Below are positions 37,396-37,448 of a stretch of DNA of 37,448 nucleotides, in pieces. This DNA comes from Phoronis australis (taxonomy: Eukaryota > Animalia > Phoronida), in the NCBI GenBank assembly GCA_002633005.1, contig NMRA01000251.1, positions 539,100-576,547 of the forward strand. The letters run 5' to 3'. The notes under the pieces are model-generated. The model was not told the DNA's origin. It saw nothing but the letters and a program-made list of their open reading frames with translations, and did no database searches. Both the position numbers and the translations under genes were made by a program. Position 1 is the stretch's first letter, and each line of letters starts with the position of its first letter.

Positions 37396-37448
37396 ATTTA
37401 ACTACAAACGTCAAACTAAAAGACCTACTTGTTTATGGTCCACAGCGT

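Overview
AT-rich, intron-rich eukaryotic (metazoan, probably marine invertebrate) genomic DNA, not prokaryotic. Most ORFs in the track are spurious. Four genes are supported. (1) The first coding exon of protein kinase D (minus strand, 8757-8921); the rest of the gene lies left of the window. (2) About 310 bp away and head-to-head, a two-exon ~147-aa PH-domain-only protein ending in a CaaX box (CVVQ*), the most unusual item here. (3) The last two exons of a ZnT2/3/8-like SLC30 zinc transporter (minus strand). (4) A signal-peptide plus Ig-domain exon (plus strand). Two blocks occur twice beside N gaps (~8980-10456 vs 11107-12501; ~17462-21665 vs 21667-25865) and look like two haplotypes assembled in tandem. 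Comparing them shows purifying selection on the PH gene and polymorphic transposon insertions. The rest is MITEs with clear target-site duplications (TSDs), tRNA-derived SINEs, LINE remnants, an LTR end, Helentron/HINE-like repeats, and mini/microsatellites. All family assignments come from remembered motifs; no database search was run.
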